DNA of 64,000 nucleotides from Eledone cirrhosa (lineage: Eukaryota), in assembly GCA_964016885.1 (NCBI GenBank), contig OZ024743.1:13454001-13518000 (forward strand). The letters are read 5' to 3'. A program made the position numbers and the translations under genes. The notes beneath the pieces were generated by a model. The model saw only the letters and a list, made by a program, of their open reading frames with translations, did not search any database and had not been told where the DNA came from. Shown here piece by piece: positions 41,440-55,589 of this stretch. Every line of letters starts with the position of its first letter. The stretch's first letter is position 1.

Positions 41440-42372
41440 GTACACAAGTATGCCATACGGCAGGGCCTAATGGATTCCACTTGCAGTACGTACACTCTGG
41501 ACGCACACATGCCTTGTTGTTATGGCAATACTATACATAATTTCACCTATTTTGTTATTGATGTCATCGATGTTCTTTTGAGAGAATCGTTTTTGCAAAT
41601 CACTGAAAATATCGAATAATGTACGCCATTCTTACCAGTACCACAAACATACTGGTCCATCCACACACACGCAGACACGCACGCACACACACATACACAC
41701 ACACACGCATGCACACGCGCACACTAACATACATACATCTATACACACATACACACAAACACACTGCTCCGTATAAGACAAGAGCTGAAAAATATGTTTG
41801 AAGATGTTAAAATACCCCCCCCCCCCCACGCACACACGTACACAACATTCCTACTGACCGATTCATTTCCATTATCACAACAATGAACCACTTTCCTACA
41901 CACACACAGACATATTTGTCTTAATAGACGCCTGAACTGTTGACCTCTCAACATGACTGCAACTCAATCAAGCGGAAAAGGGCACTCTTCGACAAACCTA
42001 CATTTCGCGCTAAAATCAATTTAAACATTCACGTGACTTCTACCGACCAATCAAAATTGTTTTGACAACAAGAATTTTGCAACACGAATTAGCGCGAAAT
42101 TTATAGTGCTTATTCACGTGATATTCAACAACCAACCACATTTTAATAGCTTCCAAGCCACCTTGTTCACATAAAACAGGAAGAATTTCCAAAACTGATC
42201 AGATTAGAGCTAAAATAACAAGCACTCTATCTCAAAATTAATTTTGAAAAGCATAAGAAATGCGCAACCGCTAAAAACTTAAAACTAAAACGGAATACTG
42301 ACTAATACTTATTACTAATTTATACTTATTCCTAATTGGGAAAAATTTGTCAGCATTTTCTTTTCCTTTTTA

Positions 42373-42376
<4 letters not shown>
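41440..42376 (-). mobile_element. Second (inverted) copy of the Helitron-like repeat at 30650-31678
   Basis: Reverse-complement homology end to end, from gaaaatgctgacaaatt to ccattaggccctgccgtat. Confidence 0.6.
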
Positions 42377-42462
<86 letters not shown>

Positions 42463-42463
42463 C

Positions 42464-42563
<100 letters not shown>

Positions 42564-42624
42564 ATATGAGAGTGTTGAAGTGTGCTTGAGGCATGGTGGA
42601 TTAATAAAATTAGTCGTTTAGGAA

Positions 42625-43155
42625 GTAATAGAATCAGATGTTAATGAGAGAGGTGTGAGAGGAATTGTAAAATGAGACGTATAGGGTGTAGAGGAACATA
42701 GGAAAGAGTGTAAAAATAATAACACGAGATAGGTCGTGTTAACACGACAAATGTCGAGGGAGTTCTTCGTTGTCAATTTCTTAATTTCTTCTGAATTTAA
42801 GAAATTGACAACGAAGATACGTACGCACTGACACATAACCGTCCCACTACTCTAGTATAGAATAACTCGACCTTTGTCTGACCGCGCGCACGTGCGACCT
42901 ACAGAGTAGTTCGGTTGTAGACACACGGTAGACAACAGAGGCCACGTGTTGTTCCTCTCCGACTAAAAACTTTTTCCCCTTGGAAAACCCTCAGTGATGG
43001 ATGCGAAATCCGAAATATGGGGACAATTAAATCACTTCCAATGTAACTCTATCTCGTGTTATTATTTTTACACTCTTTCCTATGTTCCTCTACACCCTAT
43101 ACGTCTCATTCTACAATTCCTCTTACATCTCTCTCATTACCACCTGATTCTGTTA
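42625..43155. repeat. (TA)n-flanked fold-back element with about 108-bp inverted arms and an internal hairpin
   Basis: 42625-42732 mirrors 43048-43155. A 21-bp hairpin spans 42764-42817. Confidence 0.8.
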
Positions 43156-43200
43156 CCCAGAGATTTAGCCATCTGCATTGTGGAGGCTTCCAAAACGACC

Positions 43201-43252
<52 letters not shown>

Positions 43253-43341
43253 TCCCACAATACACATAACTCTCTCGCTCCCCTCTCTCTCTCTATATGT
43301 TCCTTTATCTATCCATCTATGTATGTATGTATGCATGTATG

Positions 43342-43426
<85 letters not shown>

Positions 43427-43433
43427 CTCTATC
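43342..43433. repeat. (TATC)n microsatellite, 5' flank of the Tx1 element
   Basis: Direct reading. The repeat resumes at 48833-48865. Confidence 0.95.
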
Positions 43434-46400
43434 AGACGTGTGTAACTTCACGGAGAAGTTTCCGTTAATTTATGTAAGAAAAAAACGTGAGTTTTTAGTT
43501 AAATTTTATATCATTGTGTAACTTGACCACCCGTCTGGACCTTCAGGTGGTGGGTCAACTCATTTTCGCCCCTACAAGGGCGGAATATCCATTTAAAAAA
43601 TGTTTCTCCATCGAATCTTGGAAAAAATATTGTAAAATTTTGATTACGTTATGAACGTAGCGTCCAGCGATAATGGTGGTGGAGAGGCGGTAAGACTACA
43701 AAGCTCGCAGTCAACAACGTCTTCTTCACTAGATACTATAGAGATGGAAAGACAAAATGAAAATGTAAAAACGAATTCATATCCAAACAACACAAATGAC
43801 ACCAAACAAAAATAACAGCAACACCAATAATGATGATAAAAGCAACAATGATAACAACAACAAGGAAAACAATAAAGACAACACCAATAACACCAGCATC
43901 AAAGACAACAACAACACCAAGGAAAAGACGAATACTATCAACATCGGTGACAAAAAGAATAACAACAACAATAACAACAATAATGACAACACCACCAATA
44001 CGGATTCCACAAAGAAACCAAAATCTCCTTTGCAGAGAAAGTTCAAAAGAAGGAAGAATTGATATATCTCGACATAACAAATGCTGAACAACTTTTAAAG
44101 GACGCTAAGAGATATGTCACTTTCGAAAAAAATGGTCCTTTCAGCATCAATTCTCCAGTAGAAATTCGCAAGGAAACTGCTCTCAAAACGATAGTTTTTA
44201 GGATAGTTTCCAATTCTACCCGGAAACCAGTCCAATTGTGACAGAAAGAAATTGAACTGGTTTTCAAAAATTCAATGAATGATATTGCATTCATTCAAAG
44301 AAGCAAACGTTTTGGGAGTATTTCGGTACTCATGAAGGATCAATTGACGGCTCAAAATTACTCTGTGTCGCCAATTGTATCCAACCTGCACACCTGTTTC
44401 CCTACATACACGGGGAAAAGGACACAAAAGATCAGAATCACGAGTGTCACACCAAAGGTGAACATATGGTGGATACTGTGCAGCTTCATCAATTTTGATA
44501 AAGACAGAATACTGTCAGTAGGAAAGTCCCCCAGAGATGTATTCAATGGGACTAGCATTGAAGTTCTGGTGCAAATGAGCCCAGAGCGAATAGCTATGAT
44601 CCCACAGCGTGTACTCCTGTACGGACTCACCTACATAAACTTTTCGGTTGAGGGTAGGCGGCCTTCATGTTATCATTGCTTTAGCAGGGGTCACCTGAGG
44701 GCTTCCTGTCCTAAATTAATGAACCCCAAAAAGGCTCTTCTGCCGACACCCATCAAAACAACACAACCACCAACACCACCACAACAACAACAACACCAAC
44801 ACACAAAAATAACCACAACAAACACAGTCCCACCCAACCCCACTCCACCCAAAACCACTGCAAAATCACATACAGACACAACAGCTCCCCAAGACATACC
44901 CCTCCCCAATCACACAGACGATACAACAGATGAGGCTATCTCGCCATCACCCAGTGAAGACGAGGGAGAACCCCATCGCTCGAAAAGAAAGAAAAGACAT
45001 CACAAAAGCAAAAAAACCAGCAAACACTACCACAAACATACAACCACCAACACAAACAACAAAAACATCACAAACCAAACTCCCACCTCCTGAAAACAAA
45101 ATACCTACAACAAAACGAAAGCACACACAAGAACTACAGACAAAAACAAACACAAAACAAGAAAATTACACTTACACTTACATAAACACTGAAAACAAAA
45201 CACTAATGGAGACCATCACGAACGACCCTTCAGTGAAAATCGAAGGGAAAACTTTCGCCCACTCTATTAAAAATAGCAAAAAACTGAACCTAAAACTGAT
45301 TAGGGTCCCTATACAAACTTATAGGTCCCTAAAAGAAACATTTGAGAAGGATGTGGGGAATTCCTGCGTGAAACCACTCAACCGCGTCCTTCTCAAATGC
45401 CTCCCCACCCCAGTCACCCCCATCCCACCAGACCCCACCCCACCAAACATCTGCGTCCCCACCCCGCCGGAAACCACCACCCATCCAGACAACCCCTCCA
45501 ACACCCCCATGGAAATCGTGCGGCCTGGTCCCCAGGAGACGAAGGGTGAGTGATCTCTTTTCCTCTTTTAACTTTTCAGCACCAACATGGCCAATATAAG
45601 AGTTGGATGTGTGAACGTACGCGGCCTGGGGATGCCCTGGAAACAGGGCAAACTCTTAAACGACCTCAAGTCGCACAGTATGGATGTGGTAGCCATTTGC
45701 GAGTCCAGGATCCACGGCGAGCGACAGCTGACCCCCATCTTCGATGACTTTGAGATCTACGCATCTCTCTGTCAACCGGGGGGTGGGGGCGGAGTTGCCG
45801 TTTTGCTGCGGAAACACCTGGGCCTCGTAACACAGACGGTACATCTGGACCCGGAGGGTCGACTGGTGGTCCTAGACGTTGACGGTAGTGAAGGTGGAGC
45901 CTTGAGGATGGTGGCCGCATATGCCCCATCCGGGACACCGCGGCCAGACTTCTTCCAACGTCTAGAGACTTTTCTGGGAACGTCCGGCTCCTTGCTTTTA
46001 GTAGGGGACTGGAATGGTGGTACTCTCTCAAGAGGGCAGTTAGATTAGACTCGATAGTTTTTAGTAAAGAATTAGCGTTAGATAGAAATAGAACCGAGAA
46101 GGAACTGGTAGATAAAGTAGAAGAGGCAATTAGAAGTGGCAACGTAGCCAGCGTGCTAGCAACGAGAACGGCCTTGGACCAGTTCTTCGACGCAAAGCAC
46201 GAGGGCTGCGTTGTCAGAAGCAAAATACGTGCTCTGGGAAACGAGGGAGCCAAAGCTGTTAGCTGGGCCCGAGTGACGGAGGCAAAAAGTGGCAACAAGT
46301 CTACGATTCGGTCTTTGAAAGACCAAAACGGACGCGTTATACGTGAGCCGAAGCAGATGTGTGCGGCTTTTCAGCGGCACTTTGCTCGGCTGTTCGGGGG

Positions 46401-48831
46401 GGGGGGGCGAGAGGCTATGGATTTCGGTCCATACCTCGACGGCCTACCGCGACTCTCGGACAGCGAGGCAAAGTTCTGCGAAAAGCCGATTTCAGCCACT
46501 GAGCCAATGCGGCAAACGCAAATCTCCAGGTCTCGACGGTCTACCCTACGAAATTTACGTAGCAATGCCGGACTTATTCTCCGGTCTCCTGGAAGCGGCC
46601 TACTGCAACTGGCAACAGAACGGAAGAATTCCCAGTTCTGTAACCGGGGGCGTGGTCACACTAATCAGGAAGGACGAGAATAAGGGAGATGACATAGGCA
46701 ACTTCCGGCCCATAACTCTTCTAAACACAGAGTTACAGATTTTGGCCAAGGTGTTGGCAAAGAGGCTGGCGCTTGTCGTCGAGAACCTGGTGGGAGAAGC
46801 GCAGACATGCGCAATCCCGACCAGGTCCATACACGACAACCTCCACCTCATGCGATACATCATAGAGAGGGTATGGTGTAAACCCGGCTTCGGTGGGGCC
46901 CTGATCAACTTGGATCAGTCTATGGCTTTCGATAGGGTTGACCATCGTTACCTGGATGCGGTGTTCGAGGCGGCAGGCTTCGGACCCGTGTTCAGGGGCT
47001 GGATTGCTGCAATGAACAACAGCAACATCTGCTCAAGTGTCAAGGTGAACGGCTACCTCTCGGAGCCGATCCATATTACGCAATCCATTCGACAGGGATG
47101 CCCTCTCTCTTCCCTTCTGTACGTACTGACTCTCGAGCCACTACTGCGGAAGCTTGAGCTATTGCAGGCCATCCCTCTGGAACCGTGACTGCGGAAAGCG
47201 GCGTCGGCCTACGCCGACGACGTGATAGTAATGGTGTCGAGCGCCTCGCAAATCGAGGAAGTCGGCACCTTACTGAAGGAATACGAAAGTCTCACAGGAG
47301 CGAAGCTGAACCGGGACAAGTCCATCGGTTTGCAACTCGGATCGTGGAGAGGCAAACCGATGTCTTCCGATGGCGTCGTCGGACGCTGGACGGAAGGACC
47401 GGTAAAGCTGCTCGGGGTCTGGTTTGGTCCGGACCTCCAGGTGGAGAATAACTGGAACGAAGTGACGGCCAAGGTGTTTGCACTCACCCAGAAGTGGGCC
47501 GAGTGCAAACTATCCTTGAAAGGTCGAGCGGAGGTGGCGAACACTTTTATAGCGTCCGCCATCTACTACCGCTTGACTGTCGTGCCTTGTCCAGCCAAAA
47601 CGCTCGCCAAAATGGAGCGCGCGCTCTTCCGATTCCTTTAGAAGAGGCGGGCTCCTTTGGTGAGAAGATCCATCTGCTGCCAACACCCTTCTAACGGAGG
47701 GCTGGGGATGCCGTGGTTGACGATGCGCAAACACGCGCTCAGGCTCCGGCATCTCTACGTATTCCTCACCGGACAACCGGTGTGGGCCCCGTTTGTGAGG
47801 CGAGCCTTCCCACGACTCGTCTAGCTGACCGAGCTGCAGTCCTGGGTCAAGCAAAGACCGAGGAAAATGGGCGACTGGCACATCGAATGTGCTCAGGCGC
47901 TCACAGCCCTCTGGCAGGAGGACCCGGCGATCAGTGGAGACTCCATTTCGTCATTCTATAGAGGGTTGGTCCGCAGCAAGTGCGACGACGCGCTCGGTGA
48001 AACTCTAGGCGTAGAGGAAGATGAACTAGCCAGTCTGTTCGGTAGGACCTTCCGTCCGGGACCGATGGACAACTTCCAAAAGTCCCTGGCCTGGCAGTGC
48101 TACCGAGGAGCTCTTCCAGTTCGAGACAAGCTCTACAGACATGGGCGCCCGGACAGGGACCCTGCAAAAAAGATCTGTCCGAGGTGCGTGCGAGACGAAG
48201 AAACCGTCGCGCACGCATTCATACACTGCCCGGGCGTCACTGACCTGTGGGTCTATGTAGAACGACTATTGTCGCGGGTGGGACCAATCCGGTTGACCAC
48301 CGAGTCCATTGTCATGATCAAACCGCCACCCTCCTTCAAAAACGAAGGAGAGGCGGTTTTCCTTTGTGTGATAGCTATGGCGAAAGAGGTTGTATGGTGG
48401 ACAAGGTTGAAAGGGCTGAGGTCAGACACCTTTCTCTCCGGCCAACAACTGATTCTTTTTTTCAAATACCACTTTGGAAGAAGAATCAGGATGGAGAGAG
48501 AGGTGCTGTACCCCAGCAAGTTTTATGAAAGGTGGGTGAAAGTGGCGAGAATGGCCCGAGTGAATGGGCCTTCTCTCTATATCAGCCTGTAGGTTGAGGA
48601 AAAGGAGGAGGAGAGGAAAGGAGTACAAGCTCTTCGTACTCCTGGAGATGAGTGTTGCACATTTTTTTCGGGGGTATGTGTTACCCATATAAACTGTCTC
48701 CCTCTATTGGGGAAAATCGACTAACTTTTTAAATTCCATTTGTGATAACATTTTACACGTTTTTATTGTATGTAAACTTCCCCCTTTGTATTTGTCCCCT
48801 TCTTTTGTGCCCCTGTGTCTAATAAAGAAAT
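43434..48831 (+). mobile_element. Full-length (decayed) Tx1/L1-clade LINE with ORF1 and ORF2
   Basis: ORF1 pieces 43796-45553 with CCHC knuckle CYHCFSRGHLRASC. ORF2 from 45587 (APE: NVRGL, ICES, YAPS, GDWN, then an internal deletion near 46015), RT (KSPGLDGL, NFRPITLLN, QGCPLS, YADD) and C-terminal CPRC..ETVAHAFIHC ending at 48592. AATAAA at 48821. Confidence 0.92.
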
Positions 48832-49424
48832 ATATCTATCTATCTATCTAACTATCTATCTATCTATATACGTATATATATTTTATCCCATTTTCAATTT
48901 TCATCATGATGCAGGGAAATTTGAATTTTCTAGAATGCTTACATACCTACATATTACATGTGTATATATTTATATACACATTGGTGCACTACCAGTTACA
49001 CACTATGTATTTATACAGATATAATTTTATCGTACAATTGGACTGCTAGCGCACTACTTAATTTATATATATTATAATCGGTAAAGATTGTAGTCCGAAT
49101 CGTTGCAACAAAATAAACTACACACCAACACACACTTAGACGCGCACATGCAAGTAGACACAAACAGACATACACACACACATATATCAATATGTATTTC
49201 ACTACGGTTGAATAGCAATTATAGTAGGGCTATACAAGTATTGTGTATGACTCCTTAAATATATTATGGCAGCTACGTTTCTTCCTAGTTGTGACATTGT
49301 TTCTGATACGTATTTTATACATTTACCATAGAGTTTTTTTGGTTTTTAAATATAAATACGTTATTTGTGTTATTGATACACGTAGTAATAATTTATTATG
49401 ATCATTGAGTTGCAGAATTTAAGG

Positions 49425-49570
49425 AGTAGGCACTTCGGCTCAGGGACATAAATTTGTGAGTTCGATTCACTGACCAGACAGCATGTTGTGTCCTAAAGTA
49501 AGATGAACTTTTACACGTTGCTTCAGTTCAATCAGTGGCAAAACTAGTTGTGCCTGTAATTCAACAGGTC
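49425..49570 (+). mobile_element. Decayed tRNA-derived SINE (second family)
   Basis: B-box gagttcgattc followed by gttgtgtcct..aaga..actt..cacgttgcttcagttca. Confidence 0.5.
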
Positions 49571-50497
49571 AGTTCCTCACGCTGAGAAATATGTTAAGAG
49601 GTACGTGTTTGTTTACTAGTATTATAACAGGAGTATGATTATTGCAATGATTGTTGTGTAGTTTAGCCAAAGTTCAATTTTCATTTTATATATAAGTATT
49701 ATATATTTCCTTTTGTTTTAAGATTACATGTGATATGAGAGAAATTGGCTGTTATTTCTTGCAGCCCCGTATAGACTTTTATCTTATGTTTTTACCATGT
49801 TGATGAAGTAGCAGTATTGTAAATCGTTATAGTAGTAATAGTTATAGAAAAGTAAATATCATTTTTGTTGTATGTCGTTAGTGTTCTTGTTGATGACTAT
49901 GAATATGATAATGGGGAATGCAATCATGATAAAGATTATGTTGAGATGACAATTTGTAAGACTGAGAATAATCGTTCAAAGTTAATAGAAATAAAAAGAA
50001 AAAAAAGAAGAGGAAAATGATGTGGATTCGTGTTTTGAAAGAATCCTCTCCAAAGAGAAAATCTAAATCAATATTTTTCTAGTCAGAATCTGACTTAGTA
50101 TATATTTCACACAATATAGATAGAACTACAATCCAATTGATAGCACCGTAAGCAGCTGTTACAAAAATTCAATTAGAATTCAGTCATGAACAGACTATCG
50201 TGCAAACTGGTTAAACATAAAAACAAAATAAATAAAATGAATGCAGAAATATAAAAGAAGACCTAAATAATTTCTTTAAAAAAAAATTGTATTTTATTTA
50301 CTTCGTCTATTTACTTGTGTAATATGCAAATCTCTTTTGTGTCATATTAATGAAGACGGCCAAATGAAAATGACGTGTGTCTTAATCAACATAGTTGGGT
50401 TTTGATAAAAATTCAAGAAAGATAAAACCAAACAGAACAAACTAAGCAAGAATTAAAAAATAACTTAGAAACCGATTTCTTTATTCCCTGCCGTGCA

Positions 50498-50537
<40 letters not shown>

Positions 50538-50542
50538 GTATA

Positions 50543-50573
<31 letters not shown>

Positions 50574-50662
50574 ATATACATATATATATATACATACATA
50601 TATGTGTGTGTATATTTCTGTTTAACTCCTACATACATACACTCATACATAACAAACATACA

Positions 50663-50693
<31 letters not shown>

Positions 50694-50694
<1 letters not shown>

Positions 50695-50766
50695 GATGAA
50701 ATCGAAAATGCAACTGGAGTCTTATTTAAAAAAAAATAAGACTCCAGTGCATTTTCGATTTCATCT
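50694..50766. repeat. Hairpin with about 33-bp arms next to (TA)n
   Basis: agatgaaatcgaaaatgca(a)ctggagtcttatt / aataagactccagtgcattttcgatttcatct. Confidence 0.85.
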
Positions 50767-50834
50767 TTTTTTCTTTATACTTTCACTCGTGTAGGATACC
50801 TCGGTTATTTTTTATTTTGTAAAAAAAACCTCAC

Positions 50835-50925
<91 letters not shown>

Positions 50926-50979
50926 TAAGTTATTCCGGGTTGACTCGTAGGTAACTACAGTAAGTAAGGTACTATTAAT

Positions 50980-51044
50980 ATAGATGAGATTCCCGATGAT
51001 TTCTCAAGAATGAAACAGTTCTAGTCCTGTAGAATCTCATCTAT
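50980..51044 (+). ncRNA. Hammerhead motif (family A) with core substitution CCGAUGA
   Basis: atagatgagattc-CCGATGA-tTTC tcaa GAAt-GAAA-CAG ttctagtc CTG-TA^gaatctcatctat. 13-bp stem I. Confidence 0.7.
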
Positions 51045-51084
51045 TATATATATATACATATATATGTATAAATACATATATATA

Positions 51085-51171
<87 letters not shown>

Positions 51172-51279
51172 CATATATATACACATATATATATATATTT
51201 TATATTCATCCTTTCTACATATATATATATATATATATATATGTTTGTGTGTGTTATATATATATACACACACACACAT

Positions 51280-51313
<34 letters not shown>

Positions 51314-51893
51314 TTATATGTATGTTATCGATATTGTCTCTTCGTATTAGTAGATTTCGGATTAATCTGTGAAAGCTAAAGTGGATATTTAACTGAAGAA
51401 GTTTGCTATAAGCGTCAGTTGTATAGGAGGATTATATGTATTCTTTCGCTTAGTTATGCTGGTAGAATGTAAGAATTTACTCAGTTACTATTTCAATACT
51501 GTGAAAACATTTTCATTCATCGAATGAAAATTGAATGTTTTTAAATACATGCAATAATAAAAGAAGATTCCCCTCGGCACAATATCTACTATTTGTTCAA
51601 ATGTATTTATTAATTTCATTGATCTCTTTCGTAGATACATGTATAATATACATATATTCATATATACATATACACATACATACACACATACACACATAAA
51701 TACATACACATATAAATACGTACATACATATATAAATACATGCACACACACATAAATACATCATTACATACATACACACATACATAATACATATATACAT
51801 ATATACATATATACATACATATATTCATAGACATACATATATGCACATATACATCGATACATAATCACAAACATAGATACATGCATACATACA

Positions 51894-51925
<32 letters not shown>

Positions 51926-52488
51926 CGCGCAAGAGAGGCATGAATATATACATATGCGCATAGTTACACATTTAGACAAACTTGTTTATCGAAAAAAGAT
52001 ATATAATTAACGTAAATAAATCTTCATGGCGGCAACATTGCAGGATAATGATAGTTTTATCAAAGAATGTTCCCAAACAGTTGTCGAACTTTAACATGAT
52101 GAAGTAAACTTGAACCTATAATATGACAATAAACAGTTGCTATTCTCTTCCCTATACTATTCATTCCTCCTTTAGCCTCTAAATGGTCTTCACTCGCTCC
52201 CCGCATTACAATCTTCTATTAATTAAGTATTTATTACGGTTTCCTTTTATTCAAGAAGTTTTAAATAGACATCTGTGATAGCACGTTTGTTGTCTATCAA
52301 CCCATGTACTTTATTTTTGTATTACATATTAAAACAACTACTATCACGAGCAATACTAACACCAACTGACAGTTTATTCTTTTCTTCAAGGTTATGTCTT
52401 CTTGATCGTTCTAATATTCCCTGAGCCTCGCCCAATTCAAAATTAGAGAACACACACACGTACACACACACACAAATGCATATAGACT

Positions 52489-52665
52489 TTGGCAGTATCG
52501 ATAGAGGGTCGGACGCCATACTTTCCAGCATAGTTACGTCCCTTTACGGTCTGAGTTCAAATCCCGTCAAGGCTAACTTTGCCTTTCATCCTCGGGTCGA
52601 TAAAATAAAGTACCAGTAATGAACTGGAAATTTGCTGGCCTGTGCCAAAAGTAGAAACAATTATT
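52489..52665 (+). mobile_element. tRNA/Nin-like SINE
   Basis: Family sequence. Confidence 0.85.
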
Positions 52666-54828
52666 AAATATACTATTTAATATATGAAATTGACAACATA
52701 TACACTTTTAAATTTTACGTGAATTGAATTAATAACGTAGTAAAGAATTGTCTGCATGAAGGAAAGCAACAAGAAAAAATGTAAAGCATCATTTTGTGAA
52801 CGCAACGCTAGATGAGAAAATAAAAAAAAATGAAACTTAAAATATATCTTAATGTAATAATGTATCTCTAGAATTTGTAGCCAGGTTAGGCGTAGCAGGT
52901 CTTGGCATTATTTTTTGTTTTCTTATTCACACTTTTACTTAATGCGCAAATACACAGGGTATTTCAGTTTTCAGATAGAATAGAAAGACAGATACGGAAA
53001 AAGGTTTCGAAAAAATTGCCTAACTCTGTATAAAATTTAATCAGCTTTAAAATCTAAAATTTATTTTAGGTTTGTAATTTACGAAGTATTTTTCTTAGTA
53101 AACGTAATTTAATACAGAACAAATTAAATACTTTTCAGATGGGAATGGCATACTCAGTATGTGTAAAATGTAATATATATAGAAACGTGCATTTGGAACA
53201 TGCGTTACACGAACGGATTTTATATTTTATATGGAGGAGATATCATGTTTTATCGATTTAGAATGCGATTTCAAATTCTGCTTTTATATGATCGCTCGTC
53301 CAGCCAGAAAATAATCAACCAAAACACACACTACTGTCCTAAAAATAAACAAATTAATCAAATATAATAACGACAGAATGAAAAAAAAAAGAGGAAAGGA
53401 TAACGTTGGCTACGTGTCCTTAAACCGCCGTAATGGTCCTAGTGGAAATTATCATAAGCCTGATCGAAAATTGATGATCTAAGACTAAACAATAACAACA
53501 ATCTTGATCGTACAGTGATATTTCGGTAATAGATTTAAAGAATTATATCCATTATATCCACCCTGCTTTCTAAGAGAAACAAAAATGTAGTGTGGAGTTT
53601 GAAGTTGCAAAAATTTAGAGATCAAAGTCTTCCATCTTTATCCTAAGTAAATACTGCAATATTAATGTGCCCTGTATCAATTTTAACGACTACAAAAGTA
53701 GTTAGTTATATTTAAAGCTGATCTCCCGCCGGAGTCGAATTACTATCTCTTTAGGCGTCGATAAAAGGTAATAGCAATATACTGGAATATCACGTAATGA
53801 AACATAGCCTCCCCAATAATATGTCTTCTTGTTACTAATCTTTATTGCAATAAGCAACGAGTTATATATATAAAAAGAATAAAAATTTCTTTGAGTTGAT
53901 TTTCTTTATTTGTTGTAGCTTTTATCTCCACTAGCAAAATATATTTCTTTGGCAATGTGATTTTACGAAATAATATCGCTCAGAAGTCATCGCATGTTAA
54001 TGACGTTATGATGTATTGATTTAAACAGTAATGAATGACACACATGTCGTTTCATGTTTATACACCATCCATTTTCTTTCCTAGTGTTCATTTTGATTCC
54101 GTTTGGGGTACGCTTGTTTTATTGATGCGAAAACTTGTTGCTCTAATCGATGCATCGTATCTTTTCATCATGGACATCTAATACGTTCAAAAAGATTCCG
54201 AAGGCCCAGATACCCAGTGGGAGGGGGCACATAATAGGAAGCCGAATTTGATCTCTGAATTTGACGTCGAAACTGAGACCAAAAGGCATGGCGTCCAAAG
54301 ATCTATCAAATCCGCCATTCCTCTCCTTTCAAGGATGAAAGACAAACTTGACTTTATCTGAATTAGAACTCAGAATGTAGTAAACCAGAACTAATGGTTG
54401 TTAGAACTTACTTGCCAGGTCAACGTCTTCTATATGAAGAAAAAATCCCTATGGGAAAGGTATTTAACAAATTAACGTCACCAAGCATGAACATATATTA
54501 TGAAACATAAAATATTTAAAACACAAAGGCAGTACTGAAACCAAGTATCTGTCGGTTCTCATGTGATAACGATATGTATTACGCGATTAAACTCCTGCCA
54601 TTGTCTCATTCGATATATTGTTTGATAATACAGATAATTCGAGTTCAATTTACTATGAGGAACAGTAACGTCCAATATAAATTTATACGTTGGATATTGC
54701 TGCAATGGCGCAGGCTGATGATGCACTCGATACGCGATACAAATGTTCGATATATATCAGTGGACTTGTTGATGTTTGATTCCCAGCGGCCCTTATATTA
54801 TTCAATGAAAGCTCAATAAAATAAACCA

Positions 54829-55135
54829 GAAGAATAATTGTTTCTACTTTTGGCACAAGACCAGTAATTACCTAGTACATTACTGGTACTTTATTTTATC
54901 GACCCCGTAAGGATGAAAGGCAAAGTTAACCAGAAGAATAATTGTTTCTACTTTTGGCACAAGGCCAGCAATTACCCAGTTCATTACTGGTACTTTATTT
55001 TATCGACCCCGTAAGGATGAAAGGCAAAGTTAACCTCGGCGGCATTTGAACTCAGAATGGCAAGGGCCATAACTCTGTGCGTCAAAGCATGGCGTCCGAC
55101 CCTCTACCGATACTGCCAATCCACCGAAGAATAAT
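54829..55135 (-). mobile_element. tRNA/Nin-like SINE with TSD and a duplicated 3' half
   Basis: Full copy at 54943-55125 and an extra 3' half at 54839-54930. gaagaataat occurs at 54829, 54933 and 55126. Confidence 0.88.
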
Positions 55136-55589
55136 GAACGATTAACAGTCTATAGTATTTTGTTTTCATAAATGACTACATATATATGTAGGAAATCAAT
55201 AATCTCCATTGTCATGTTTTACTTATCAACATATATCCTGAAATTAGAAGATAGCGTGATTGTTAAATAGTTTCATGATATCATCACTTAGTTAATGATA
55301 TGCATTAGTTTAACTTTTTGTGACCTGATAGTAGTTCAGGACGCTGAAACATCTTTCTCAAAAACAATACATATATATGACCCGTCAAGGCGTAAACCAC
55401 GTAGCATCAACACATGAACGCATACCTACTCTAATCTTTCATAAATACATTCAAAATACATTTGTTCAAATTTCAGTTAATGTGTCCAGTGAAACTGTAG
55501 ATGATATAAAATCATGTGTGTTTGAGGGTTTCGTGTATATAGGTGTAAAATCCAGACTAACTTTCTTCAATTCGATATTCATGCCAACT

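Noticed and set aside
51590-51930. Long degenerate (TACA)/(TA) tract as a coding or structured element
   Set aside because: It is a compound microsatellite with no higher-order unit visible.
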